Assembly (NCBI GenBank): GCA_028023455.1
Contig: JAQFVV010000005.1
Span: 18,042,001 to 18,106,000 of the forward strand
Length of the DNA: 64,000 bases
DNA from: Epiperipatus broadwayi
Taxonomy: Eukaryota > Animalia > Onychophora
Direction: 5' to 3'
The notes below the pieces were generated by a model. It did not search any database. It worked only from the letters and a program-made list of their open reading frames with translations, and was not told the origin of the DNA. A program made the position numbers and the translations under genes. This document shows, piece after piece, positions 41,764 through 52,938 of the stretch. How positions within the stretch are numbered: position 1 is the stretch's first letter; every line of letters begins with the position of its first letter.

Positions 41764-41870
41764 GTCTTGCATTGGTGGTCGAGAGGTCAGCGCGACTGCC
41801 TTGCACTTGCAGGAAGTTGCCCGGGTTGCGGGTTCGCGTCCCGGCCGATGCTATGACACTTAAAAAAAAA
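41764..41870 (+). mobile_element. tRNA-Gly-derived SINE (subfamily 2), best-preserved copy
   Basis: Acceptor stem GCATTGG/CCGATGC (41769-41851), A-box TGGTCGAGAGG, T-arm CGGG TTCGCGT CCCG, expanded anticodon and variable region, tail TATGACACTT plus A9. Confidence 0.8.
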
Positions 41871-43046
41871 CCTTACATATATATATACGTAAACGTTTAT
41901 ATTATATTACCAATTTCTAACTATAAAATCTTTCCATTGACTCGTTGTAAATCGAAAGATTTCATGAGTAATAAGAAATGTGGACTTAATTAGTGAAGTA
42001 TTGAATAGATTCACGCTCTCAGATCGAACCGCTTCAGCTTCACCAAATTTAAATAGAAAGTAGGTTGAAGTAAAGAAGGGTTCCCCTCTTTTCTTCCAAA
42101 GAGTAAGCTTGTGGTTTAAGACCTGTAGAGGTTCCTACTATCGCATTTTTATACGCATGTGCTTGAGGCTACAGCCTTAATAAATATTACTTACGTAATC
42201 AATGTGCGTTTAAATAAATTTATAATTACCAATGTAGTATAAGAGAACAACATTGTAAAATGAAAAGATATAATTTAAATGTATTTATTATCAATAAATA
42301 GTTCGAACCACTTAAAAATTCCTGAACAATAAACCATTTGATTATTTCTTAATTTAATAGTAACCATCTGTAAAAATATTTTGAAAGATATTTTTTGGAT
42401 TTAAAGTTCGAATGTTCACTTCTGAAGATAACTTGAAAAAACTGTTGAGATTGATTAAGTATAAAAGGAAAATAATAAGTAAAATATTAAACTGCATTTA
42501 TATGATAATAGTAAATCAACTGCCTTGCATAGATAGGTGCAGTTCTGGACTCTGAAGCTTAATATCAGTGAATAGTAAACCAGTTCGGTCACTTTTGACT
42601 ATATAAAAAGTTCCTTCAAAACATACCTTTTAGAAACTATCAAATCATTTTTTTCTCTAAAGGATAAACGATAACCATGAAACATGTTTACACAATATGG
42701 AATCATAGTGAAAATATTTTTCTGACTTTCTGACTTTGGATGTATATTTATAACTATTACAAAAAAAAAATCCTTGTTAAATTCTGTTTAAAGTTTACAT
42801 GTAATCTTATCACATACCTTGCACATGTCTACAACAACCACATACCTAGCTTTAATAGCTATATAAATAAATACTAGTTATATCTCAAAAAATGTATGAG
42901 TTAAACAACCATGACATCTCAATTGAATAATAGATTTACTTCAAGTCTAAATAGTTTATCATTATATGATTCAAAGCCAATAAACATCACATGACCACCA
43001 CCTCTTATGCTTGTGTATAACTGTGCAGTGCTCTAAGATCCAAGGC

Positions 43047-43088
43047 TCCTCACTGACGAAGGCCATAAGCCAGAAACTAGTCTGGGGA
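43047..43088 (+). ncRNA. Minimal type I hammerhead motif (family A)
   Basis: TCCTCA CTGACGA AGGC CATAA GCCA GAAA CTAGTC TGGGGA; predicted cleavage after 43082. Confidence 0.8.
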
Positions 43089-43501
43089 TATTGGATGAGT
43101 AGGCACTATATAGGAATTTTATGCACAAGCCTTCTGTCATCCATTGATTACTCTAGCTTACTGTGTGTGGCAATATATATAGTGAGTTTTGCCTGTTTTA
43201 ACAACAGTTATACACAAGCATAAGAGGTGGTGGTCATGTAATGTTTATTGGCTTAAAACCAATCCTGCCTAATAGGATAGTGGTGGCTATGGTTATTAAA
43301 GAACCAAATACCCTGAAATATATGGGTACTAAACTGGGTTCAGATCCATATGACTATATAAGCTAATGGGCTTGGATTGAAAACATTAAGATGTTTTCAG
43401 TTTAAGACTCATAGTTTTGTAGTTAAATGGAGATAAAAGGTGTTTGCTGGAGGGTTGCATTAGATCCTGAGATCTATGTGCAGTGCTCTCGGATCCAAGG
43501 C

Positions 43502-43543
43502 TCCTTACTGACGAAGGCCATAAGCCAGAAACTAGTCTGGGGA
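43502..43543 (+). ncRNA. Minimal type I hammerhead motif (family A)
   Basis: TCCTTA CTGACGA AGGC CATAA GCCA GAAA CTAGTC TGGGGA; predicted cleavage after 43537. Confidence 0.8.
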
Positions 43544-44712
43544 TATTGGATGAGTAGGCACTAGATAGAGATTTTATGCACAAACCTTCTGGCATCCATT
43601 GATTTATTCTAGCTTGCTGTGTGTGGCAATATATATATAGTGAGTTTTGCCTGTTTTAATTATATGATTCACATATATTTATATCATAGTTTTAAATTTT
43701 ATGAAAATAAAAAGTGATTATATTTCATAGTACATTAAAAAAGCATGACAAACCAATTCAAAACTAGATCACCATATTCCTTGCCTTAATATATTTATAT
43801 AAATAATCTGCAGAATGATTTCTGTACTATATATATATATATAATTATAATTGAAATAATTGAAGTACTTCTGCGGATTTAAAGATTGTTTGTAATTGTT
43901 TGTAAACCGTTAAAAATATTATTTCAATTATAATTACAATATTGTTTTTAATTACGGATATTTTATTTATTTTACATATATATATATCAATGAAATTTGA
44001 CTGTAACTCCAATTGATAGATTGGTGATAAACATACCAAATGCTTTATCAGTTAGCATAGCAAAAGCTTATCAGTTAATAAGTCTGTTGCTGATATGTCT
44101 GCCTACCCTCAGTAATATTTCGTTTGTGAGTACATACACTTACCACATGTTATTTGAACCTGGGATACTTATCATTCTTTTTGGACTGGTACAGTTAATC
44201 AAAACCTCTTCAGGTTCTACCTCATTACATTTCTGAGGAATGTCCAGAAATCCAGATTTGAATCCTTGATTTTTAAGTGTTTAACAATCCCATTCAACAT
44301 CTTGTGACATGCTAGACTCAAACATGAAATTGCACAAATTAATTAATCAATCTAAATCATTTATTCCATTCAGGCATTCAATATAAGGTTTATATTATGT
44401 AACTGACTGAACAATTTTTTTAATAAAAAATATAATGCCATCGAGCAGGCATTCAATATAAGGTTTATAATATTGTGTTTCATCTCCCAATAATTTAAAT
44501 TAGATTAGAAATATCACCCCACCCCCCATGCTTGATCAATGACTTTACTATGGGCATTTTAAAATAATAAAAATAATTCTCATCAAACAATATACATTCA
44601 ATATTACAATTCATTCAAATAAAAATCTGCAATCGTTTTTTAAAAAAATAATATAAGGGATACCAAAAAATTTCCAGAATTTTATAATAAAAATTGTTTT
44701 TTTTTTTTTTTT

Positions 44713-44796
44713 GGCCTAGTGGTTAGCATAGCCGCCTTCCAAGCAGCTAGTCCGGGTTCGCTCCCCAGTGAGCGCATTTGACATATGAAAAAAAAA
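44713..44796 (+). pseudogene. 5'-truncated tRNA-Gly(TCC) retro-pseudogene or SINE
   Basis: TAGTGGTTAGCATAGCCGCC TTCCA AGCAG...CCGGGTTCG closely matches metazoan tRNA-Gly-TCC; 5' acceptor strand replaced by a T-run; tail TTTGACATATG plus A9; TSD-like AAAAATTGTTT at 44689-44699 and 44792-44802. Confidence 0.78.
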
Positions 44797-44904
44797 TTGT
44801 TTATTTTTAGGTATTATAAATTTAATCGCTTTCAAATTATTGTTCATTTAATGCAATATACCAGTCTAAACATGTTTTTCACTTTTGAAAGTAATCCAGA
44901 AATA

Positions 44905-44953
44905 AACGTTACATGCTGTGTGTGGCAATAGATATAGTAAGTTTTCCCTGTTT
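44905..44953. mobile_element. 49-bp family A micro-insertion
   Basis: 13-bp TSD TAATCCAGAAATA at 44892-44904 and 44954-44966; AACGTTACAT (inverted tail piece) plus an arm end matching the 43.2 and 43.6 kb variant. Confidence 0.8.
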
Positions 44954-46293
44954 TAATCCAGAAATACTTGCAAAGTGATGCCTTTTAATGCCTGCCTTGT
45001 TTTTTTTTTTTTTTGTCAATACTTCTTAGTCTGCAAAAAAAAAAAAAAAAGAGAGAGAGATAGACATTTTTTCATTCATGAGAATACAAAAAAAATTTGC
45101 ATAAAGTGAGATTGAATGAAGATGGCTGATAGATAAGCTGGGTTATGCTGAATTTAATTAAAAATTGTTTTACACTCAAATCTTTATGATATAACACTTT
45201 TTTATGGTGAAGATTTCACTCCTCACTTTGCACACAAAACCGGATATTTATATTTTACCATATCATGGACACACTTCAGAACTTGTACATAAAATGCATG
45301 ACCATTACAAATTAATTCTGAAAAAAAAAAAGATATTTGCTTTTTAAAAAAAATCACCATTGTTTGGATATTGGACTTCATTCATGACACTTTTTAAAAT
45401 TTTTGTGAATTTAACACTTCTATTAAACCACTTATAAAGTTATGTTTTTTCTGATATCAGCTTGTTTATAAATATTACAACTGATTTCCCTGCTCTTTAG
45501 CCTAAAAGAAAATGGAATTTCACATTATTCCAACTTTTCAATCATTACAAAAATGAGCAAATATGCAAAAGTACTTACAAAAAAAAAAGCCATGTGGCAT
45601 CATGATTTCACATGGTAACACCATTTGGAGGATTGATGCAGAAGGGTCTCTGTAAGAAATATGTAGCAGCAGAAGAATATATCACAACAGGTGTTAATAC
45701 CAGAGAATTATTCCAGTTATTTTTGGTTCCTGTCTCATACAGTATAATAATAATCATCATCATAATTTAAAAAATATTGAATTTATAATTTAAGGCCTTA
45801 CAATTATACCATCGATAACATTTTAAAACCATCTTGCTAATTTTCTTTTTTTATAAAAGTTGCTTATGATTGCATTTCTTGGCAGCCTGATGTTCGCACT
45901 TTCTTATATTTTTATATGCAATCCTAGAATAATTTATATTGATCACTTAGTTTACCTGGCTTCAGATTTTCAATCAAAATTTCTGAGTAAGTTACTGTCA
46001 GTAGGTTTCTTCCATTTTTACAATCATCAGTATATATATATATATATGCTTTTTAAGGCTGGTAATTAACAGTAAAATGAATACTTTCTCCACTTATTAT
46101 TTCAGGCTGGTCAGCACTGATATCTTCCTTTTTCCTTCACATCAACTCATAAGTTGGCTATTGTCACTTTGCATAATTTCAGAATGCCTCCACAATTGTC
46201 AGACAAATCTCTGGGCAAGGACAAATGTATCTTTGATGACAATGAACATTAATTCATTGTTCTTTTCATATTAGGATTGGACTTTATAATTTT

Positions 46294-47370
46294 TTAAGAA
46301 CAAGGTTTTACAGAATTCCATACATTGTGTATTGCCACACTAGATTGACTTATAGGATTATTTACCATTGTCAAATGAACAGTTTCCTTGAATTTTCTTC
46401 TTTGAACCTTTTCATTTCTATCCAATATTTTTATATTTTCCCAAGTAAACATATGGTCATTAGTACATACATGACTGCTACTGTAGACACATGTTTTTTC
46501 TCTTTTAACCATTAGTTTGTGTTTTTTCAATAGCTGTTCAACAGGGTGACAGGTCTCACTAATATATTTCCTTCCACATTCACATGGTATTTCATAGATG
46601 CAGTTTTTATTCTTCAGCATTTCCAGTTTAGGCTTGGTAGAAGTAAAAATTCCTTTTAAATGTGATATGGCTTTGGAAGCTGTTCTAATGTTATATTGAT
46701 TGCAGATTTTCTTGAAATTTATCTGCCATTCCTGGTATGTATGGATGCACTACAGTACCAATAATTGTATTTTTATATTGGACTATTTCCATCATCTAAT
46801 ATGTGTGTTGAATGTCTTTAGAAAAGTTTAATTTTTAGTTAAATATTCCAATTGCATTCAACTGTTAGTAATATCACAGCAAACAGGTTAGTATATGCAC
46901 CAACTGTTAGTAATATCACAGCAAACAAATGTTAATAATATCACAGCAAACAGGTTAGTATATGCACTAACTTTTCTAAAGACATTCAACACACATATTA
47001 GATGATGGAAATAGTCCAATATAAAAATACAGCTAGAACACCATCATCACAAACCTTCAGAAAAACAACAGTACCAATAATTGTTTTTGCTTTTGGTGTC
47101 TCTTTTTGTTATCCATTAAAGATTTTCTTGATGGCCGCTGATGGATAGCCATTTTCATAAGAGTTTGTTCTATACGAATCTTTTCATTTTTCAAATCACT
47201 CATTTCCAAACAAACTTCCTTTGTTCTGTTCCATAATGATAGTATAATAACTATGATAGTATAGTAACTATGGGTTAACAGTTTTTTAACCTTGTTTTTT
47301 CTTATTGCATTGTTAAATTCATATAATATTAATATCCATTTATTTTCTCTACTACTTTTACAATGCTTCA
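46294..47370 (-). pseudogene. Penelope-like element ORF 3' part: RT C-terminal linker plus GIY-YIG endonuclease
   Basis: LWNRTKEVC...E...IEQTL.KNGYP (after a frameshift); VVHPYIPGMADKF, restored by removing the 46769-47067 insert; NIRTASK...KNCIYEIPCECGRKYISET...H...H.C..DH.FTWENIKILD..E....RKFKE. Confidence 0.9.
46769..47067. mobile_element. Family E fold-back plus tail insertion within the PLE ORF
   Basis: 17-bp TSD ACAGTACCAATAATTGT at 46752-46768 and 47068-47084; arms ~46766-46830 and ~46968-47030; three GTTA.TAATATCACAGCAAACA repeats in the spacer; ~37-nt tail. Confidence 0.85.
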
Positions 47371-48782
47371 TATGAAGCTTTATAAAAAAAAAAAATAAAG
47401 AAAAAAAATGATACTAAAATTATAAGTAAACAGTTTGATTAAAAGATTATTTAAAGGATTAAAAAAAGATAGCTACACATAAAAAATATTTATGATAATG
47501 AATTAGGAAAAAAGTCTTTGAAAAGCAATAATATATCAAACAAAGAATAAAAGCTTTCTTTCACAGAATTTTCTATGTTCAACATTGGACCATAAACAGT
47601 GATAAAATGGATATATGTGGTTAAAGTGTAAAACAACTACAGTAAATTCTCAATCCATTGTTTTTCAAAGGATCAAAAGAATAGACAATAGATACATAAA
47701 AATGATAGAATTTTACATGTAATCTCAATAAATATTGACTGATCCCTTAGTGCTACTTGCACAAATCTTTAAATATCTAGCTTATAAAAATCAATCTCTG
47801 CATCGTCAATAATATCATAAGTACTTCTGAATACTCATGATATTACTGGTAATAAGAAAAAGTACCTTTTTCTGGATGTTAAATTTTAGTTTTGAGATAC
47901 ACTAGTGCTGTTGAAGATGTAACATTAAGTGGATTCATATTTTTTATATTTGATTTTCATTATAGCATTATGCTTTGGTTTAATGTATATAATTTTAATA
48001 TCATAGTAGGGGCATATTTAAAAATCACTGTTAATATGGTGATTACATAATGTTTTTTTTTATAGATCTCATTCCTCTAGTCACTACTGAATTTCTATTT
48101 TTATGTATTTAAAATTTGTCTTTATTTCAAAATTGCAGGAAAACTGTAGATTACACATGCGTGAGTTACATCACTCTTTTCTTATTCTTTTTTGTTATCT
48201 TTCCCATGGTATACATTATGTTTTTCTATGATAAAATTTAACGTTTTTATGAATTTTTATTTAATTACAGAACTTTATTTACCCCCCCCCCCTTTGGTTT
48301 ATTACATTATATGAAGAAAAAAACTGTATTCATTTTTTAGATGGAAAAAATAGATTGGTGACACAGATTCAAACATGAATGATTCTTTTTAATTTTATGG
48401 CTCTTGGATTTTGATAATATTTTGTCACTTAGCAGTTCCAAAATTTACTTTTGGAAGATAAACTAATTCCTTTAGCAATGAAAAAACAAAAAACGCATAT
48501 TCAATGTGTACTTACAGAAACTAGGGACACACCAGATTCTTCCTCTAATAACATCTGAACACAATGTAAAAATGGGTGGTCTTTTTACAATGTTTGCAGA
48601 CCTGAAGAAGTTTTTCATTACACGCGAGTCCTAGATTTTATAATTTTTTTTTTTTTTTTTGTGATACAACTATTAGTGAAAGTAATAAATATGTTAATAA
48701 AAAAGTTTTAAAAATGATGATTTGAAAAAATGCATCAAGTCATAAATTGTTTATTTTTGCTACAATATGATAGTGACCTGGG

Positions 48783-48822
48783 CCAACTGATGAGTGCTGG
48801 TTCAGCACGAAATGCATCTTGG
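48783..48822 (+). ncRNA. Canonical minimal type I hammerhead ribozyme (family B)
   Basis: CCAA CTGATGA GTGCTG GTT CAGCAC GAAA TGCAT C TTGG: full consensus core, G10.1-C11.1, 6-bp stem II, palindromic stem III ATGCAT, stem I CCAA/TTGG, predicted AUC cleavage after 48818. Confidence 0.9.
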
Positions 48823-49189
48823 GGATCATTTGTCTTTTATTATATCTTTATTTATATGAATTTGGAATGAATGGGAAAGTGTGGATGTGTTTATTATATC
48901 TCTAAAGATATTACATACAGGGCAGAGAAAGGTGAATAACACTGCGTGTGTAAATTTTAAAAAATCAGATATATTAATCTTTAACTGAGGTTTAAAGTTT
49001 ATATCTGTGCTAGAGATAATTTCTAGTTTTGAAAGTGATTAGTAATAATCATTAGTGTATTTATCTGAAATGGACGGCATCAAAGTTATGTGGAGGAAGT
49101 TTTGACAATGGTAAATGAAAATATAACAATTTACTCTAGATAAATACTTTGCATATAATAAAGATATATATGAGAGATAGTGACTTGGG

Positions 49190-49229
49190 CCAACTGATAA
49201 GTGCTGGTTCAGCATGAAATACATCTTGG
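49190..49229 (+). ncRNA. Mutated family B hammerhead (G8 to A)
   Basis: CCAA CTGATAA GTGCTG GTT CAGCAT GAAA TACAT C TTGG. Confidence 0.65.
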
Positions 49230-51247
49230 GGGTCATTTGTCTTTTATTATATCTTTATTTATATGAATTTGGAAAGATTTGGGGAAGTGTGGAGGTGTTT
49301 ATTATATCTTTAAAATAATTAATATAGATGTAAATTAATTAGTAAATGGGATCACCTTTATATGGAAGTTAAATTCAAAGCATAGGTGTATTGATGTGCA
49401 GCAACCAATCAGACATGGCTCTGCTTGCTAAATGAAAACAATAGTAAAACTATATATATAATTCCTTGTAAGGTACATGCAGTTCAGCTGAGGAATATTT
49501 GGAATTCATATTCAAGGTATAAGTTTAAAGCAGCTTTATTGTAGAGATATAATGACCAACAGTAGGTTTCATGGTTTATTATCATACCTGCATTTCAGTG
49601 ATAATGAAAAAATGCTAGGTAATAATAATGTCAGGTAACAAAAATAAAGACTTTGATCAAATATACAAAATTAGGCCCAAATAAACTAATACAATACTAA
49701 ATTCAAAACTGCATATCAGATGAATAGAGAAATAGTAGTTCATTGAACAACCACTAAACATACTGGCAATAATACAATGTGACAATATGATCACTCAAAA
49801 CTAATAAAGTGAGGTTCAAATGATGGGTCTGTGCAGATAATTGTAACAGGTATGTATACCATATGGAGTTGCATATAAATAAAAATAAGTCTTATGCTAG
49901 CTAATATTTGAGCACTCAGAAGTTTACAACATTAAAAAATTGTGTTTTCTGCCAGAAAAAATAATATAAAAGGGTTTTGGCTGTGTGTAGTGATAATTGC
50001 ACAATAAAATTGTTCTGAGAGGCGGCTTTATTGCTTATCAACTAAAATTGAGCTAGTCAATGCATCTTAAAACACTCCCCCTAACTTCAGAAATGTGAAC
50101 TAATGCGCCAGCCCCATCCAACAACTTTCTGTATGAATAGTTCTATAGATTGTTACATCTGCATCTTTATTTTGCTGCATGATTATAGTAACGTCTTGTA
50201 AATAATCATTTCGTAGTATCTGAAAATATTTCTGTTTTTATAATTTTTATTTATGAATATTTATTATGACCGTTAATATTTTACGTTATTATTTCTTACT
50301 ATTACAATAGCTAAATTATATAATAAGTATATAGTGTGTGGGCATGTGAATGAATGCTTAAGTAATCAAATTACTTATGATTACATAAAATATTTTATTG
50401 ACTCACTAACTTGGAAATAATTTATCTTAGGTTATATTTTCCTTTTTTATTTCACTTAGTTTTAGTATTGGTTTTGTCTTATAAATGGTTTTTATCTGTT
50501 TTACATTTTGATCTCCGTTTTATTTTTACTTTTTTATTTTCTAACTAATAGTTTTTTCTCCCAGATGTCTGTCAAAGTTCATTCCATCAAAGGCATATAA
50601 TGAATGAACGTTTAATGTAGCAAGTCTCTTCAAAGATACAATATTGATTAGCTGTCTTTCCATTGTAGTCGCATAATAAACACACTGTGCTTAAATTACT
50701 TTTTTAAACATCTGTTCTTTAGACTCAATAACTAATCCATATACTTTAATGTTCTTTAGCATGAATCATAAACAACAGTAATACTTTAAAATAACACAAA
50801 TGGCATTATGAAGTTCAAATCAAAAAAAACAAAAACAAATTTAATGCAGATAGATAAAAACATCTTTACTGCCATCTAATGTCTATTAATAACTAAATTA
50901 ATGCATATATAATAGCTATGAACAAAAAAGCGATCATTATTATTTAATGTAGATAATTTAAGCTAATACAGTCAATGATACTTGGTTTGAAATATTCCAT
51001 GTTTACTATTAAAGCAGTCCACAGTTAGCTTTTATCTGAAGTCACTAATTATATATTAATGATTGTAAAAAATGACAAGTGAATATAAATTGTTTCATAG
51101 TCTACTCCCCTTTTCTATATATGAATATATTACATCAATATTTACCCCAATTTATTTTTTAATAAAAAAAAAGCTATTAGTAAATAGAACTCCTATATTT
51201 ATTTTGATCCAAATATTTCAGATCCAAATAACAATGCTTAACCTTTT

Positions 51248-51354
51248 AAACCACTAAACATCACATGATCACTATCTCATACTAGCACATAATTGTTATT
51301 AAACAAGGCAAAACTCTCTCCATACAGTAGTGCCACCCTGTGCCAATCAGAGTA
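51248..51354 (-). mobile_element. Family A 3' end fragment (tail plus arm end, no inverted arm)
   Basis: AAACCACTAAACATCACATGATCAC...GGCAAAACTCTCTCCATACAGTAGTGCCACCCTGTGCCAATCAGAGTA; no TSD seen. Confidence 0.85.
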
Positions 51355-52548
51355 GTTGTATGTATTTTTTTTTTTTTAGAATCTCTAGCAGCACTTTTTA
51401 TTTATTCAAATTTATCTTTATTTTTTATTATATTTTCAGAAATTTTGAATTATTTGTTAAAAGTATATAGTGTTTATTAATGAAAATTATTCTTACAAAT
51501 AATATTTCAACTTTGAAAATACAGAAAAATAATCATAATATAGATAGGAAGATTTATAATAACAATACAGTTACTGCATTGCTGGTAAAAATATTAAACT
51601 AAAAAAAATCAAAATTGTTTTAACTTAACTCATAAAGTCAGAATGAATTATCATTCAGATTATGTAAACCTATCAAAATTCTATACATGATTTTAAAAAA
51701 ATTACAAAAAAAAAAAATCCGATGTAATCATTATAAAAGGATTCTTTTTCAACCAATCACAAATTGAGGTCATAATTATTTACTTTTTGAAAAAAATCTG
51801 AATTTAATCACATTATTCTTCAGAGAAAATAAAATATTCCACAAATATTTTGTGAAAAATAATCATAAATATGTTTATTAAAAATATAAAAAATACATTT
51901 TCATTTTTGGAAACTTTAAAAGAATGACTATGTTCCAAAGCTCTATAAGACACTCTTACATGAAGAGAACTAGAAATAACCAATCAGCGACATTGTAGGT
52001 TGGTTGTTGACTTACTTGTAAAACATTTCTCAGTACAATACTGACATCTTGTTAAATGAATGCAAAACTGGAAAAATAGTGCTAAAGACAGCCACTAAAA
52101 ATTGATTTAAAGTCAAAGCAAAACAGCTTCATTACAAAGACCAATATTATCACACATAACTTAATATTTCCTATCATTCATTCCCAAATTCCTATTCTAA
52201 TTGTGCTAAGTAACAGTATATGTAGATATCTTTTTTGACTATATGAATAATTGGCTTTAGACTTTTCATTTTCAGATGTCATTTTCTTTTTAATCCAACA
52301 ATTTGGAAATTTTAACTATTGCTTTTAAAAAAATAATATTAAGAGATCCTGCTTTGGCACATATGGACATCTATAGAGTTACTTGGAGTCTGGTTTCATT
52401 GCTAGCACTATTATAATTATGATATTTGCATTATGAATTCTAAAATGTTATTAAACAAAGAGCTTTGCTAATTGCTTAACAAGCATTGTGATAAATGCTT
52501 AGCTAGAGAAAGCATTTAAAATATCTCTATCAGAAAACCACACCTAAA

Positions 52549-52590
52549 CCCTTGACCAATGGTTTCATGCTTTGGCACTCCTCAGAGAGG
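52549..52590 (-). ncRNA. Type I hammerhead motif (family C)
   Basis: Reverse complement reads CCTCT CTGAGGA GTGC CAAA GCAT GAAA CC ATT GG TC AAGGG; stem III ACC/GGT, GUC cleavage triplet. Confidence 0.72.
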
Positions 52591-52897
52591 CGCTAGGGTA
52601 TTTCCAGAACCTAGATCTAAAAATACCAACCCAAAGCCAGCATATATCTAAGAGTTAACTATTGAGTAAAAAAATCTGAAATTTTCAGCACTTAAATATC
52701 TTCAAACCCAGCTATCTAACTCAAATAGCTATAGTTTGGCTGAAGATGTCTCAACCCCATATAACTATTTGAGTTAAATAGCTGGGTTTTAAGACATTTA
52801 AGTGAATAAAAATTTCAGATTTTTTACTCAATAGTTAACTCTTAGATAAATGCTGACTTTGTGTTGGTATTTTTAGATCTAAGATCTGAAACTACCT

Positions 52898-52938
52898 GCT
52901 CTCTGAGGAGTGCCAAAGCATGAAACCATTGGCAGGGG
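52898..52938 (+). ncRNA. Family C hammerhead motif lacking U16.1
   Basis: GCTCT CTGAGGA GTGC CAAA GCAT GAAA CCATTGG C AGGGG. Confidence 0.55.

Larger units (their letters stand above)
42974..43658. mobile_element. Family A insertion containing a head-to-tail dimer (455-nt period)
   Basis: 13-bp TSD ATTATATGATTCA at 42961-42973 and 43659-43671; inverted tail 42974-43023, then ~1.4 sense units with two HHRs. Confidence 0.92.
48770..49312 (+). mobile_element. Family B partial tandem (407-nt period)
   Basis: 48770-48905 is repeated at 49178-49312 and each copy contains the HHR motif; no TSD found. Confidence 0.8.

Noticed and set aside
41769-41852. Functional tRNA-Ala(TGC) gene
   Set aside because: It has a 9-nt anticodon loop, an oversized variable region, an altered B-box, an A-tail instead of a T terminator, and several diverged copies, so it is a SINE.
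44226-44266. CTGAGGA...GAAA spacing resembling a hammerhead
   Set aside because: Stem II is only 2 bp, it is single-copy, and such spacing is expected by chance in AT-rich DNA.
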